A DNA stretch of 64,000 nucleotides from Dehalococcoidia bacterium (GTDB taxonomy: Bacteria > Chloroflexota > Dehalococcoidia > Bin125): contig OZ241982.1 in the NCBI GenBank assembly GCA_965204335.1, positions 775,462-839,461 of the forward strand. The letters are read 5' to 3'. Below the pieces are notes generated by a model, which was not told the origin of the DNA, did no database searches, and saw only the letters and a program-made list of their open reading frames with translations. Both the position numbers and the translations under genes were made by a program. This document shows positions 1-8,822 of this stretch, one piece after another. Each line of letters opens with the position of its first letter. Positions within the stretch are counted from its first letter, which is position 1.

Positions 1-633
1 GGACCGTCCGTCTGTGTGTCGCTGCCACCCGGAGACCACACATTCACCGCGCCGTCGCAGGATCGGGAAGGTGAAGTCTCGTTCACGGTCACGGTTGGCG
101 AGGGCGGCGTCGTGACCGGATTCACCGAGCCCGGCGGCCAATCCATTCCGCCGGTCGCCATGCTGGAAATCTTCTCCGGCGAGGACGCCTACCCGCTGCC
201 CGAGGGCGTCTCCTTCATCGAATGTGAGGCCGCCGACGACAGCATGATGGAAGACGAGCAAGCGCCCGGATTGTGTCTCAACCTTGATCCCGGCACCTAC
301 GAAGAGTCCGTCAGCGCCAGCGGCCAGACCTACGACATCACGATCCACGTCGGCGAGGGCGGCCAGTTGATCAGCGTCGATGTGCTTGGAACGAGTTACG
401 CGCCCGCGGACGCGCTTGCGCTGCTGGAGCAGTTTGGCGCGGCCATGCCACCTCACATCTCGATCGTTCCCTGTGAGGCAACCAAGGCGTTCCCCTACAC
501 CGGTAGCGGAGGCCTCGCGGACTCCAACGGTCTCGCCGGTCTCTGGGCCGGACTCGCGTCCCTGGCCGTGGTCCTGATCTCGTTCGCGGCCGTCTCGCAG
601 CGTCGTCGGATCGCCGTCCGCAAGAAGGACTAA
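1..633 (+). CDS. Hypothetical protein, probably 5'-partial at the window edge, with an LPXTG-like C-terminal tail
   Basis: ORF 16..633 with strong GC3 bias and no N-terminal signal peptide, so the true start is probably upstream of the window. C-terminus reads ...FPYTGSGG, then a hydrophobic stretch LAGLWAGLASLAVVLISFAAV, then SQRRRIAVRKKD. Confidence 0.5.
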   Translation, partial: GPSVCVSLPPGDHTFTAPSQDREGEVSFTVTVGEGGVVTGFTEPGGQSIPPVAMLEIFSGEDAYPLPEGVSFIECEAADDSMMEDEQAPGLCLNLDPGTYEESVSASGQTYDITIHVGEGGQLISVDVLGTSYAPADALALLEQFGAAMPPHISIVPCEATKAFPYTGSGGLADSNGLAGLWAGLASLAVVLISFAAVSQRRRIAVRKKD

Positions 634-636
634 GCG

Positions 637-2067
637 CTAGAAGCGCAGCGCGCTCTCAACGAGCGAATCGGCGCCGGGCTCCTCCTCGACCGCCTCAGGT
701 TCGGGCTGGACCCGGCGCCATCGCGTTCCGTCCCGCGTATCCTCCAGCGCCACGCCCAGTTCCGTCAGACGGTCGCGCACCGAGTCCGCCAGCTCGTACT
801 GCCTGGCGCCGCGCAACTCCTGGCGAATCGAGACCAGGAGCTCGATGAACGGCCCCGCGTCCGACTCGCCGCCTGCCGACACACCCGCGAATCCGAGTCC
901 CAGCACGCCTCCCAGCTCGACCAGCGCGTCGCGAGCCAACCCGGCCGGCCGCTCCTCCGAACGTGCGCGATTGATCTCACGCGCGAGGTCGAACAACACG
1001 GCCAGCGCCTGAGGCGTGTTCAGGTCGTCCTCCAGTGCGGCAATGAACGTCTCCCGAGACGCGATCGCGTCAATCTCGCCGTCTCCGTCGACCAGGGGAA
1101 GCGTGGCCGCCGTGCGCAGCCGTTCGGCGCCGCGCGCCGCCGACGTCAGCGAGTCCTCCGAGTACGTCAGCGGCGAGCGGTAGTGCCCGCCCAGCACGAA
1201 CATCCGCAGACCGTCGGCGCCGTAGCGATCCAGACCCTCTCGGAGCGCGACAATCTTGCCGGTCGACTTGGACATCTTCTCGCCGCCGACCTGCATCATC
1301 GCGTTGTGCATCCAGTGGCGGACGAACGGGTCGAGCCCCGAGAAGCCCTCCGACTGCGCGATCTCGTTCTCGTGATGCGGGAAGATCAGGTCCATCCCGC
1401 CGCCGTGCAGATCGATCTGCTCGCCCAGGTACCGAATCGACATCGCCGAGCACTCGATGTGCCAACCCGGGCGTCCCGGGCCCCAGGGGCTCTCCCACTG
1501 CGGCTCGCCCGGCTTCGCGCCCTTCCAGAGCGTGAAGTCCATGGCATGCTCCTTCGCCACGCCGATGTCGGTCGGCTCGGCCGAGATCATGTCGTCCAGC
1601 GAGCGGCCCGACAGCTTTCCGTAGCCCGGCATCTCGCGAACCCGGAAGTACACGTCCCCGCCCGCCGGATAGGCCTTGCCCTGTTCGATCAGCGCGCTGA
1701 TCAGTTCCAGCATCTGCGGGATCTCCTCGGTCGCCCGAGGATGCACATCGGCCGGCGCGATCCCCAGCTCGCGCCATTCGCCCATGAACGACGAAATCTG
1801 CCGCTCGGCCAGCTCCGAGACCGTGATCCCCTCCTGCGCCGCCCGTGCGATCAGCTTGTCGTCGACATCGGTGAAGTTGTAAACCAGCCGAACCCGCCGC
1901 CCGCGCCACTCCAGGAACCGCCGCAGCGTGTCGAAAATGATGATCGACATGGCGTGACCCAGGTGCGCGTCGTCGTACGGCGTAATCCCGCAGACGTACA
2001 TCGAAATCGGATCGTCCAGCGGCTCAAACGCCTCTTTCCGACGAGTCAGCGTGTTGTACAGCTCCAC
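637..2067 (-). CDS. cysS: Cysteinyl-tRNA synthetase
   Basis: HIGH motif (CGITPYDDAHLGHA) and KMSKS motif. The N-terminus VELYNTLTRRKEAFEPL matches the class I CysRS start. Probable GTG start at 2067 (the track ORF extends to a TTG at 2088). Confidence 0.9.
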   Translation of the reverse strand: MELYNTLTRRKEAFEPLDDPISMYVCGITPYDDAHLGHAMSIIIFDTLRRFLEWRGRRVRLVYNFTDVDDKLIARAAQEGITVSELAERQISSFMGEWRELGIAPADVHPRATEEIPQMLELISALIEQGKAYPAGGDVYFRVREMPGYGKLSGRSLDDMISAEPTDIGVAKEHAMDFTLWKGAKPGEPQWESPWGPGRPGWHIECSAMSIRYLGEQIDLHGGGMDLIFPHHENEIAQSEGFSGLDPFVRHWMHNAMMQVGGEKMSKSTGKIVALREGLDRYGADGLRMFVLGGHYRSPLTYSEDSLTSAARGAERLRTAATLPLVDGDGEIDAIASRETFIAALEDDLNTPQALAVLFDLAREINRARSEERPAGLARDALVELGGVLGLGFAGVSAGGESDAGPFIELLVSIRQELRGARQYELADSVRDRLTELGVALEDTRDGTRWRRVQPEPEAVEEEPGADSLVESALRF

Positions 2068-2150
2068 GGACCAACCCCCAACGTCCAATCAAAGTGCGCT
2101 TGGTTCCTCAAGCAAAGCCTAAACAACCCCTCCGGCGTTCCCCACTCGTT

Positions 2151-2280
2151 CCCCATCGCAGGGGAGACGCCGTGTATCCGTTTCTGCTCTCCCCCCGCGT
2201 TGCGGGGGAGATGCCGCGTATCCGTTTCTGCTCTCCCCCCGCGTTGCGGGGGGAGATGCCGCAGGCAGAGGGGGGCTTCC
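2151..2280. repeat. Tandem array of three GC-rich hairpin units (module B family) between cysE and cysS
   Basis: ccccatcgcagggg..., then ccccccgcgttgcggggg-agatgccgcgtatccgtttctgctct, then ctccccccgcgttgcggggggagatgccgcaggcagaggggggcttcc. Period about 44 nt, each unit with a C6GC/GCG6 stem. Confidence 0.85.
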
Positions 2281-2297
2281 CAGGCTCCCAGCAATCC

Positions 2298-3008
2298 CTA
2301 CCCCGCCGCCGTCTCCCCCGGCCGATCACCCGCGTCGTCCAGCTGGTCGCGCAGCCGACGCAGGTCGAGCCGCAGCTCCGACACGGCCAGTTCCAGCGAC
2401 TCAATCCGATCATGCTCCGGGTCGGGCAGGCGCAAGATCGTGTCGTCGCCGGGATCGTAGTACGCCACCACATGCCCCGGCACGCCGACGACCGTCGAAT
2501 GAGGCGGCACGTTCGAGACCACCACGGCCCCTGCGCCGATCCGCGCGCCCGTGCCGATCGAGACCGCGCCGATGATCGACGCGCCCGCGCCGACCAGGAC
2601 GTCGTCCCCGAACATCGGGTGACGCTGCATGCGCATCGTCGAGGTGCCGCCCAGGGTGACGCCCTGGTGCAGGTGACAGCGCTTCCCCAGCCGTGCCGTC
2701 TCACCGATCACGACGCCCATTCCATGGTCGATCAGGCACGGCGACGCGATCTGTGCGCCGGGATGAATCTCAATCCCGGTCATGTTGCGACCCAGGTGCG
2801 AGAGGAACCTCGGCAGCACCGGCACGCCGAGGCGAAGCAAGGCTCCCGACACCCGGTGCAGCATCAGCGCGTGCACACCGGGATAGGCGAGCAGGACCTC
2901 GAGCCAGTTCGTCGCCGCCGGATCGCGCTGCATCGCGAACCGGATGTCCGACCACGTGTCGTCAACGAACGAGTTGTACCAGCGGATCAGCCGAAACAGG
3001 TACTCCAT
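2298..3008 (-). CDS. cysE: Serine O-acetyltransferase with a C-terminal coiled-coil-like tail
   Basis: Left-handed beta-helix hexapeptide repeats (GIEIHPGAQIASPCLIDHGMGVVIGETARLGKRCHLHQGVTLGG). Position between ispDF and cysS as in Firmicutes. Confidence 0.85.
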   Translation of the reverse strand: MEYLFRLIRWYNSFVDDTWSDIRFAMQRDPAATNWLEVLLAYPGVHALMLHRVSGALLRLGVPVLPRFLSHLGRNMTGIEIHPGAQIASPCLIDHGMGVVIGETARLGKRCHLHQGVTLGGTSTMRMQRHPMFGDDVLVGAGASIIGAVSIGTGARIGAGAVVVSNVPPHSTVVGVPGHVVAYYDPGDDTILRLPDPEHDRIESLELAVSELRLDLRRLRDQLDDAGDRPGETAAG

Positions 3009-3017
3009 AAGCGCAGC

Positions 3018-4199
3018 CTATACGTCCTGCGGCCCGCGACGACGTACGCGCAGCGTCGCGACGGCGTGGGCGGCGATTCCCTCGCCCCGTCCGAGCGCGC
3101 CCATGCCTTCAGCCGTCGTGGCGGCGACGTTGACCGCAGACACGTCGAGCCCCAACCCTGCCGCCAACACCCGTCGCATCGCCTCGATATGCGGCCTCAG
3201 CCGAGGCCGCTCGGCGATCACCGTGGCGTCGACCGACTGAGGACTCGCGCCGACCTCAGCCAACCGCTCCAGGACCAGCTTCAGCATTGCCATGGAGCTG
3301 GCGCCGGCCCATTTCGGGTCCGATGTCCCAAACTGCGCGCCGATGTCGCCCAGTCCCGCGCCGCCCAGCAACGCATCGATGATCGCGTGCGTCAGGACGT
3401 CGGCGTCCGAGTGTCCGGCCAGCCCCTCGTCAGAGGGAATCGTGACGCCCCCCAGAACCAGTTCGCGGCCGGGCGCAAAGCGATGCGAATCGATGCCGAT
3501 GCCGGTCCGCACCTCGAACGTCGCGCCCAGCAATGCCTCCGCGACCACCAGATCGGACGGCGACGTGATCTTCGGATTGGGCTCGCCCACGTCGTGCACC
3601 ACCACCGGCTCGCCCAACCGCTCGACCAGCGCGGCATCATCGGTGGCCAGCACCCCGTCGCGCCGTGCCGCTTCATGAGCACGGCGCAGGGTCGCCGCGC
3701 GAAACACCTGCGGCGTCGCCACGGCACGCAGCGTCGAGCGATCCGGCGTCGCCTGAATCCGTTCCCCGTCGTCCACGACCTTGATCGTGTCGACCGCTGG
3801 ACCGCCGGCGATCACGCTGACCCCGTCCCGCGCCCGTTCCACGCAACCGGCGATGCCTCGCGCGGAGATCAACGGCCGAGCTCCGTCGTGAACGGCGACG
3901 AGTCCGACCTCGGCCAGCGCGGACAGTCCGGCCCGGACTGAATCCTGACGTTCCTTGCCGCCCGTCAACAGCGCGCGGACCTTGTCATGGCCGCGACAGA
4001 GCTCGGCGGCGTCCGACCGGTTCGCCTCAGACGTCACCACCACGATGTCGTCGATCGATGCGCATTCCTGAAACGCTGCCAGGCTCCAACTCAGCACGGG
4101 TCGGCCGGCGAGATCAGCCAGCAACTTGTCGCCGCCGCCCATCCGGCGGCTGCTGCCGGCCGCCAGGATGATCGCCCCTACTCTCCCGTCCTGACTCAC
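3018..4199 (-). CDS. ispDF: Bifunctional IspD/IspF (2-C-methyl-D-erythritol 4-phosphate cytidylyltransferase / MEcPP synthase)
   Basis: N-terminus AIILAAGSSRRMGGGDKLL (IspD). C-terminus GIGIDSHRF...GHSDADVLTHAIIDALLGGAGLGDIG (IspF). Confidence 0.9.
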   Translation of the reverse strand: MSQDGRVGAIILAAGSSRRMGGGDKLLADLAGRPVLSWSLAAFQECASIDDIVVVTSEANRSDAAELCRGHDKVRALLTGGKERQDSVRAGLSALAEVGLVAVHDGARPLISARGIAGCVERARDGVSVIAGGPAVDTIKVVDDGERIQATPDRSTLRAVATPQVFRAATLRRAHEAARRDGVLATDDAALVERLGEPVVVHDVGEPNPKITSPSDLVVAEALLGATFEVRTGIGIDSHRFAPGRELVLGGVTIPSDEGLAGHSDADVLTHAIIDALLGGAGLGDIGAQFGTSDPKWAGASSMAMLKLVLERLAEVGASPQSVDATVIAERPRLRPHIEAMRRVLAAGLGLDVSAVNVAATTAEGMGALGRGEGIAAHAVATLRVRRRGPQDV

Positions 4200-4209
4200 G
4201 CCCCCATCC

Positions 4210-5187
4210 TCACGTCGGGTCCTCGTCCGCCGCCAACTGGGCGAAGACCATCCGCCCCGCCTGTGTCTGGATCACCCGCTTCACGACCAGTGAGCGCATC
4301 TGGCCGATCGACTCCGCTCCTTCCTCGACCACCACCATCGTCCCGTCCGCCAGATAGCCCACGCCCTGGTGTTCGCCGCGTCCGCGCTCGATCACCTCGA
4401 CCGTCAACGACTCGCCCGGCAGGACGTTGGTCTTCACCGCATTGGCCAGCACGTTGAGGTTGAGCGTTCTCACACCCTCCAGCTCGGCGACCCGTGCCAG
4501 GTTCGCGTCCGTCAGGGCCAGCGCTGCACCGCGCTCGACCGCCATGCGCACCAGCCGCGCATCCACATCGCCGTCGGTCTCCGACGATCCGTCGTCGACG
4601 ATCTCGGTCGTGACGGTCTCTTCTCCCTGCAGCCGTGACAGCAGCTCCAGTCCGGCTCGGCCCCGGCCCCGCCTCAGCGCGTCCGAACTGTCCGCCACCC
4701 GGCGCAACTCATCGAGTACGAAGCGGGGCACGACGATATTCGCAAGAATGAAGCCGCTGCTCGCCACCTCGGCGATACGCCCGTCGATGATTGCCGAGGT
4801 ATCGAGGATCACTTCCGAGGGCGCCGGCGGGCGGGTCAGCGCCACCGACTCGGCCCGACCTCGGACCGTGTTCACGAACCGCTCCACCTCGGCGCGCCGA
4901 CCCAGCGCCACGCCGACTCCGATCGGCGCCAGCAGAATCGCCACGCCGATTGGCGCAAAGTCGCCGGCCGCGCCGGGCAGGTTGTCGAGCACGGTCGACA
5001 GCAGCGACGCGGCGACCAGCGCGGCCACCAGCCCAAACCCGCCCAGCAGGATCTCCAGCGTCGACAGCGAACGCCAGATGCCCTGCCGAAACCACGTGAC
5101 CGGATAGAGCAACCGGTCCCAGAACCGAAACGCTGCCTCCAGCACGACAGTCCCCAACAAAGAAAATGGCGGCCATGCGGCCGCCAA
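4210..5187 (-). CDS. yacL: YacL-like membrane-anchored PIN plus TRAM domain protein
   Basis: N-terminal transmembrane helices, PIN core (VILDTSAIIDGRI...VVPRFVLDEL) and C-terminal TRAM (GESLTVEVIERGRGEHQGVGYLADGTMVVVEEG). Conserved synteny yacL-ispD-ispF-cysE-cysS. Confidence 0.8.
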   Translation of the reverse strand: MAAAWPPFSLLGTVVLEAAFRFWDRLLYPVTWFRQGIWRSLSTLEILLGGFGLVAALVAASLLSTVLDNLPGAAGDFAPIGVAILLAPIGVGVALGRRAEVERFVNTVRGRAESVALTRPPAPSEVILDTSAIIDGRIAEVASSGFILANIVVPRFVLDELRRVADSSDALRRGRGRAGLELLSRLQGEETVTTEIVDDGSSETDGDVDARLVRMAVERGAALALTDANLARVAELEGVRTLNLNVLANAVKTNVLPGESLTVEVIERGRGEHQGVGYLADGTMVVVEEGAESIGQMRSLVVKRVIQTQAGRMVFAQLAADEDPT

Positions 5188-5282
5188 TCAGTCCAGAGCG
5201 GTCAACCGCCCAATAAATCCGGGCGCATCCCTGCGCACTCCAATCATACAGGATCCCACCACCCCCGTCCCACCACCCTCCC

Positions 5283-5450
5283 TTCCGGTCCCCTCTCCCC
5301 GAGGGAGAAGTCTGCCCCGCACTTGATGCGGAGGGTGAGAGCCTGCCCCCGCGTAGGCGGGGGGCGAGGGCCCTCCGACCCACCGCACACTCCCTCCGAT
5401 GCCCCGCACTTGATGCGGGGACAACCGGGCCTCCCCGCCTGCGCCCCGAG
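5283..5450. repeat. Composite interspersed repeat cluster (degenerate module C, module A copies, a B-like hairpin)
   Basis: cccctctccccgagggagaag, ccccgcacttgatgcgg, cccccgcgtaggcggggg, ccccgcacttgatgcgggg. Each shares modules with ten or more other loci in the window. Confidence 0.85.
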
Positions 5451-5650
5451 GCCGTGTCGACAAGCACCATGTCGTATAGGGACGCCCTAGCGCGACTCCA
5501 CAGGTACGCGACCAGCGCCGGCGGCAAAGTAAGAAATCCGGTGAAGCCGGTGTCGATCACTGCATCGATCTCGCGCACCGCACCCGCCGGGCCCTGCACC
5601 GTCAGCCTGATTACTGCCTCATAGGCGGGGCTAACCGCGCCCTCGATCAC
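5445..5650 (-). pseudogene. Retropepsin-like (clan AA) aspartic protease fragment, 3' end replaced by the repeat cluster
   Basis: GTG start overlapping the upstream stop as GTGA. IRLTVQGPAGAVREIDAVIDTGFTGFLTLPPALVAYL carries the DTG catalytic motif typical of bacterial retropepsin-like domains. The frame then runs into repeat-derived low-complexity sequence after about 70 aa. Confidence 0.45.
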
Positions 5651-5916
5651 CCGGCGCGTCCCAGAGGGCGGCCACCCATGTGATGCAGCGTCCGATGCCC
5701 AACCCTCAGCAGCCAGACGTCGACGGCCTCTGGCCGCTGCGCGCGCAGACCCTTGGACGCCGCCCGCACGTCCTCAGCCAGCGCCCAGCAGGCGCTCTCC
5801 ACGTCGATCGCGACATATGCCCCGGCATGATCCGGCTCCACTTGCGCCCGCACAACGCGCTCGTAGATCTCGTCGCCCAGACGGGCGATCTCCTCGGCAG
5901 ACCGCGACTCCGACAT
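5647..5916 (-). CDS. Small acidic protein of unknown function (DUF5678-like pattern), translationally coupled to the aspartic-protease fragment
   Basis: 89 aa. The GAYVAIDVES...VWLLRVG pattern resembles small partner proteins of the DUF5678 type. 4-nt GTGA overlap with the downstream gene. Confidence 0.55.
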   Translation of the reverse strand: MSESRSAEEIARLGDEIYERVVRAQVEPDHAGAYVAIDVESACWALAEDVRAASKGLRAQRPEAVDVWLLRVGHRTLHHMGGRPLGRAG

Positions 5917-5967
5917 CGAAGGCTCCTCCGCTTCAGTATGTCAGACACACCATCTCGTCCCCAACGA

Positions 5968-6214
5968 CCCTCCCTCCGGTTCCCTCCCCCCGAGGGAGAA
6001 GCCTGCCCCGCACTTGATGCGGGGCCCAGACCTCCACCGTCGAACCCAAACCAAAGCTCTCCCCCAACTCCGCCATCCCCTCCGATCCCATCTCCCCCCG
6101 CCGCCAGGTGGGGGGAGATGCCGAAGGCAGAGGGGGGCTCCCTCCGCCCCAGACCCAACACCGAAGCCTGCCCCGCACTTGATGCGGGGATGTCACCAGG
6201 CGACAGAACGCCCC
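5968..6214. repeat. Composite interspersed repeat cluster (modules C-like, A, B, A plus an atgtcacNNNgacagaNNgcccc tail)
   Basis: ccccgcacttgatgcgggg occurs twice. The 60-nt cctccgatcccatctccccccgc...ggggggagatgccgaaggcagaggggggc block is nearly identical to 46657..46714. Confidence 0.85.
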
Positions 6215-6292
6215 ATCACACTCCCATACAGAACACCAGTTCACATATAATCGATCCCCTATCACGCGGCCGTCAGCGCAGGAGCCCGTCCC

Positions 6293-6703
6293 ATGTCCAA
6301 CAGCACCGCAAGCACCCAGGCCAAGCCACCCCTTGACTTCACCAGCGACGCCATCGTCAACCAGCTCCGACACCAGGCCACCAACGGCCCCGCCTACGTC
6401 CAGCACAGCGCGACCAAAGCACTCGCCCATATCAAGGGCCTCTACGCCGAAGCCCACTACGAGGCCAGGCTCGCGTTCGAGACCGCCCGCCAGAAGCTCC
6501 GCCACGCCGACGGCAACGTCGCCGAACAGACCGCAGACGCGGAGCCGTCCATCGCCCAGCAGATCGAAGACATCCGCACCGGCCGCACCATCGTGACGCC
6601 CGAAATGCTCGGCGAGTACGGCGTGCCGGTCGGCGCGGCATCGGAAGACAAAGAACCGGACGACGAAGACGGGAGTTCCCATGGCGAAGACGAACCTCCA
6701 TAA
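6293..6703 (+). CDS. Hypothetical protein (136 aa) with an acidic C-terminus
   Basis: Strong GC3 codon bias. No recognisable family. Confidence 0.55.
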   Translation: MSNSTASTQAKPPLDFTSDAIVNQLRHQATNGPAYVQHSATKALAHIKGLYAEAHYEARLAFETARQKLRHADGNVAEQTADAEPSIAQQIEDIRTGRTIVTPEMLGEYGVPVGAASEDKEPDDEDGSSHGEDEPP

Positions 6704-6872
6704 TCCGCACACCTCGCAGCAGCTCGGCCAGATCCGGCTGCTGCACGGCGATCGGCGTTTTTTCCCGACCGCCCGCCAACTCGAGCTCTACCAGGCGCTC
6801 CTCGACGCCCCCTGTCCGCCCGACGACTCCGAGCCCGGCGCGGACCGCCCGCCGTGTTCTCTGGTAGCGTGA
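6681..6872 (+). CDS. Small hypothetical ORF (63 aa) overlapping the previous gene by 23 nt
   Basis: GC3-biased codons. Could be a remnant or small gene. Confidence 0.3.
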   Translation: MAKTNLHNPHTSQQLGQIRLLHGDRRFFPTARQLELYQALLDAPCPPDDSEPGADRPPCSLVA

Positions 6873-6914
6873 AATCACCGTTCGCGATCGTGGAGAGCTC
6901 CTGCGAGTCCCGCA

Positions 6915-8792
6915 ATGCCCGCCATCGACATCGACCCACTGCTGCGCGGCGTCTCCAAGCCCGCCCGCTACATCGGCGGCGAGTGGAACGTGATCGAGCA
7001 CGACTGGAACGAGCGCAGCGTCCGCTGGGCCCTGATCTACCCCGATCTGTACGACATCGGCCAGTCCAACGGCGGACTCGCGATCCTCTACGACATCCTC
7101 AATCAGACCGAGGACACGCTCGCCGAGCGCTGCTACACCCCCTGGCCCGACATGGCCGACAGCTTGCGCAGCCGCGGCCAACCGCTCTTCTCGCTCGAGA
7201 ACCGGCGCGGTCTGCGCGACTTCGACGCGCTCGGCTTCTCACTCTCCTACGAACTGACCTACACGAACATCCTCGAGATGCTCGACCTCGCCGGCATCCC
7301 GAGCCGCAGCCTCGACCGCGCCGAGGACGACCCGATCATCCTCGCCGGCGGCTCCGGCGCACTCGTCCCCGAGCCGCTCGCCCCGTTCATCGACGCCTTC
7401 GTGCTGGGCGAGGCGGAGGACATCATCCTGGAGATCAACGAACTGCTGCACGAGCGGCGCACGCAGGGCGCATCACGATTCGACCTGCTCCGCGCCCTCG
7501 CCCGAACTCCCGGCGTCTACGTCCCGCGCTTCTACGAATGGCGCTACGAATCCGACGGCACGCCGGCCGAGGTCTTCGCCACCGACGACGCCGCTTCGGT
7601 CCCCGTCGTCAAGCGATTCATGCAGGGCCTCCCGCCCATTCTGACCAGGCCGATCGTCCCCTACCTGCAGACCGTCCACGACCGCGCAGGCATTGAGATT
7701 CAGCGCGGCTGCACACAGGGCTGCCGTTTCTGCCAGGCCGGCATGATCTACCGTCCCTTGCGCGAACGCACGCCCGAGGAGGTCGTCGCCGGCGCGAAGG
7801 AACTCTTCCGCAACACCGGCTTCGACGACCTCTCGCTCGTCTCCCTCTCCTCGACCGATCACTCGCAGATCAAGGGCATCGTCCGCGCCCTGCGTGCCGA
7901 GTTCGGGGACAACATCGGCATTTCGCTCCCGTCGACCCGCGTCGACAGCTTCAGCGTCGACGTCGCCCTGCTCTGCTCCCCGCGCAAGAAACACTCGATG
8001 ACCTTCGCCCCCGAGGCCGGCTCCCAGCGCCTCCGCAACGCGGTCAGTAAGGTCGTCGACGAGCAGGACCTGCTCGACGCCGCACGCAACGCCTTCGAAC
8101 AGGGTTGGACCTCGATCAAGCTCTACTTCATGGTCGGCCTGCCGACCGAAACCATGTCGGATGTCGAAGGCATCGTCGACTGGGCATCGCAGGTCAAGCA
8201 GATCGGACGGCAGATCGTGGGGAACCGCGCCCGCGTCCGGGTCTCCACCTCCAACCACGTACCCAAGGCGCACGCCCCGTTCCAGTGGGCGCGCCAGGAA
8301 ACGCCGGCCGAGCTCGAGCCCAAGCACCAGTTGCTCAAGCAGATGACGCGCAAGGCCCGGCTCGACCTCAGTTGGAACGACCCCCAAGAATCGATCCTCG
8401 AAGGCGTCCTCTCGCGCGGCGACCGGCGCCTCGCCCCGGTGATCGAGACCGCCTGGCGCAACGGCGCTCGATTCGACGCCTGGAGCGAGCACTTCCGCGA
8501 GGACCTCTGGTGGGACGCGATGGCTAAAGAAGGCCTCGACCCCGCCTTCTACTGCCACCGCGAGCGCGACCTCTGGGAACGCTTCCCCTGGATGCACATC
8601 GCCTCGGGCGTCTCCGAGGCCTTCCTGCGCAAGGAGTGGCAGCGCACCTGGAAGGAACTGACCACGGCCGACTGCCGCGACGGCTGCAACGTCTGCGGCA
8701 TGGAACACGCGGCCCAGCTCTGCGAACTCAAACTCGGCGATCTGATCGCCAGCCGACGGGCATCATCCGAGGAACTGATCAGCGTCCTCTAG
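6915..8792 (+). CDS. Radical SAM protein, TIGR03960-like family (B12-binding-like N-domain plus radical SAM core)
   Basis: CxxxCxxC motif (CTQGCRFC) at about residue 270 and a long conserved C-terminal domain. Confidence 0.85.
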   Translation: MPAIDIDPLLRGVSKPARYIGGEWNVIEHDWNERSVRWALIYPDLYDIGQSNGGLAILYDILNQTEDTLAERCYTPWPDMADSLRSRGQPLFSLENRRGLRDFDALGFSLSYELTYTNILEMLDLAGIPSRSLDRAEDDPIILAGGSGALVPEPLAPFIDAFVLGEAEDIILEINELLHERRTQGASRFDLLRALARTPGVYVPRFYEWRYESDGTPAEVFATDDAASVPVVKRFMQGLPPILTRPIVPYLQTVHDRAGIEIQRGCTQGCRFCQAGMIYRPLRERTPEEVVAGAKELFRNTGFDDLSLVSLSSTDHSQIKGIVRALRAEFGDNIGISLPSTRVDSFSVDVALLCSPRKKHSMTFAPEAGSQRLRNAVSKVVDEQDLLDAARNAFEQGWTSIKLYFMVGLPTETMSDVEGIVDWASQVKQIGRQIVGNRARVRVSTSNHVPKAHAPFQWARQETPAELEPKHQLLKQMTRKARLDLSWNDPQESILEGVLSRGDRRLAPVIETAWRNGARFDAWSEHFREDLWWDAMAKEGLDPAFYCHRERDLWERFPWMHIASGVSEAFLRKEWQRTWKELTTADCRDGCNVCGMEHAAQLCELKLGDLIASRRASSEELISVL

Positions 8793-8822
8793 ATCAATCG
8801 GCAGAAAGAGGCCCACGCCGCC

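Noticed and set aside
1183-3941. Long ORFs on the opposite strand of cysS, cysE and ispDF (1183..2460 +, 2094..3941 + and others)
   Set aside because: Arg/Pro/Ala-rich low-complexity translations typical of antisense frames in 70% GC DNA. They overlap well-supported genes, and the 'GEMPQAEGG' segments are just translated repeat copies.
5933-6712. 259-aa minus-strand ORF spanning the repeat cluster and overlapping the 6293..6703 gene
   Set aside because: Its translation is dominated by repeat-derived Gly/Arg/Trp runs, and it lies antisense to a GC3-biased ORF.
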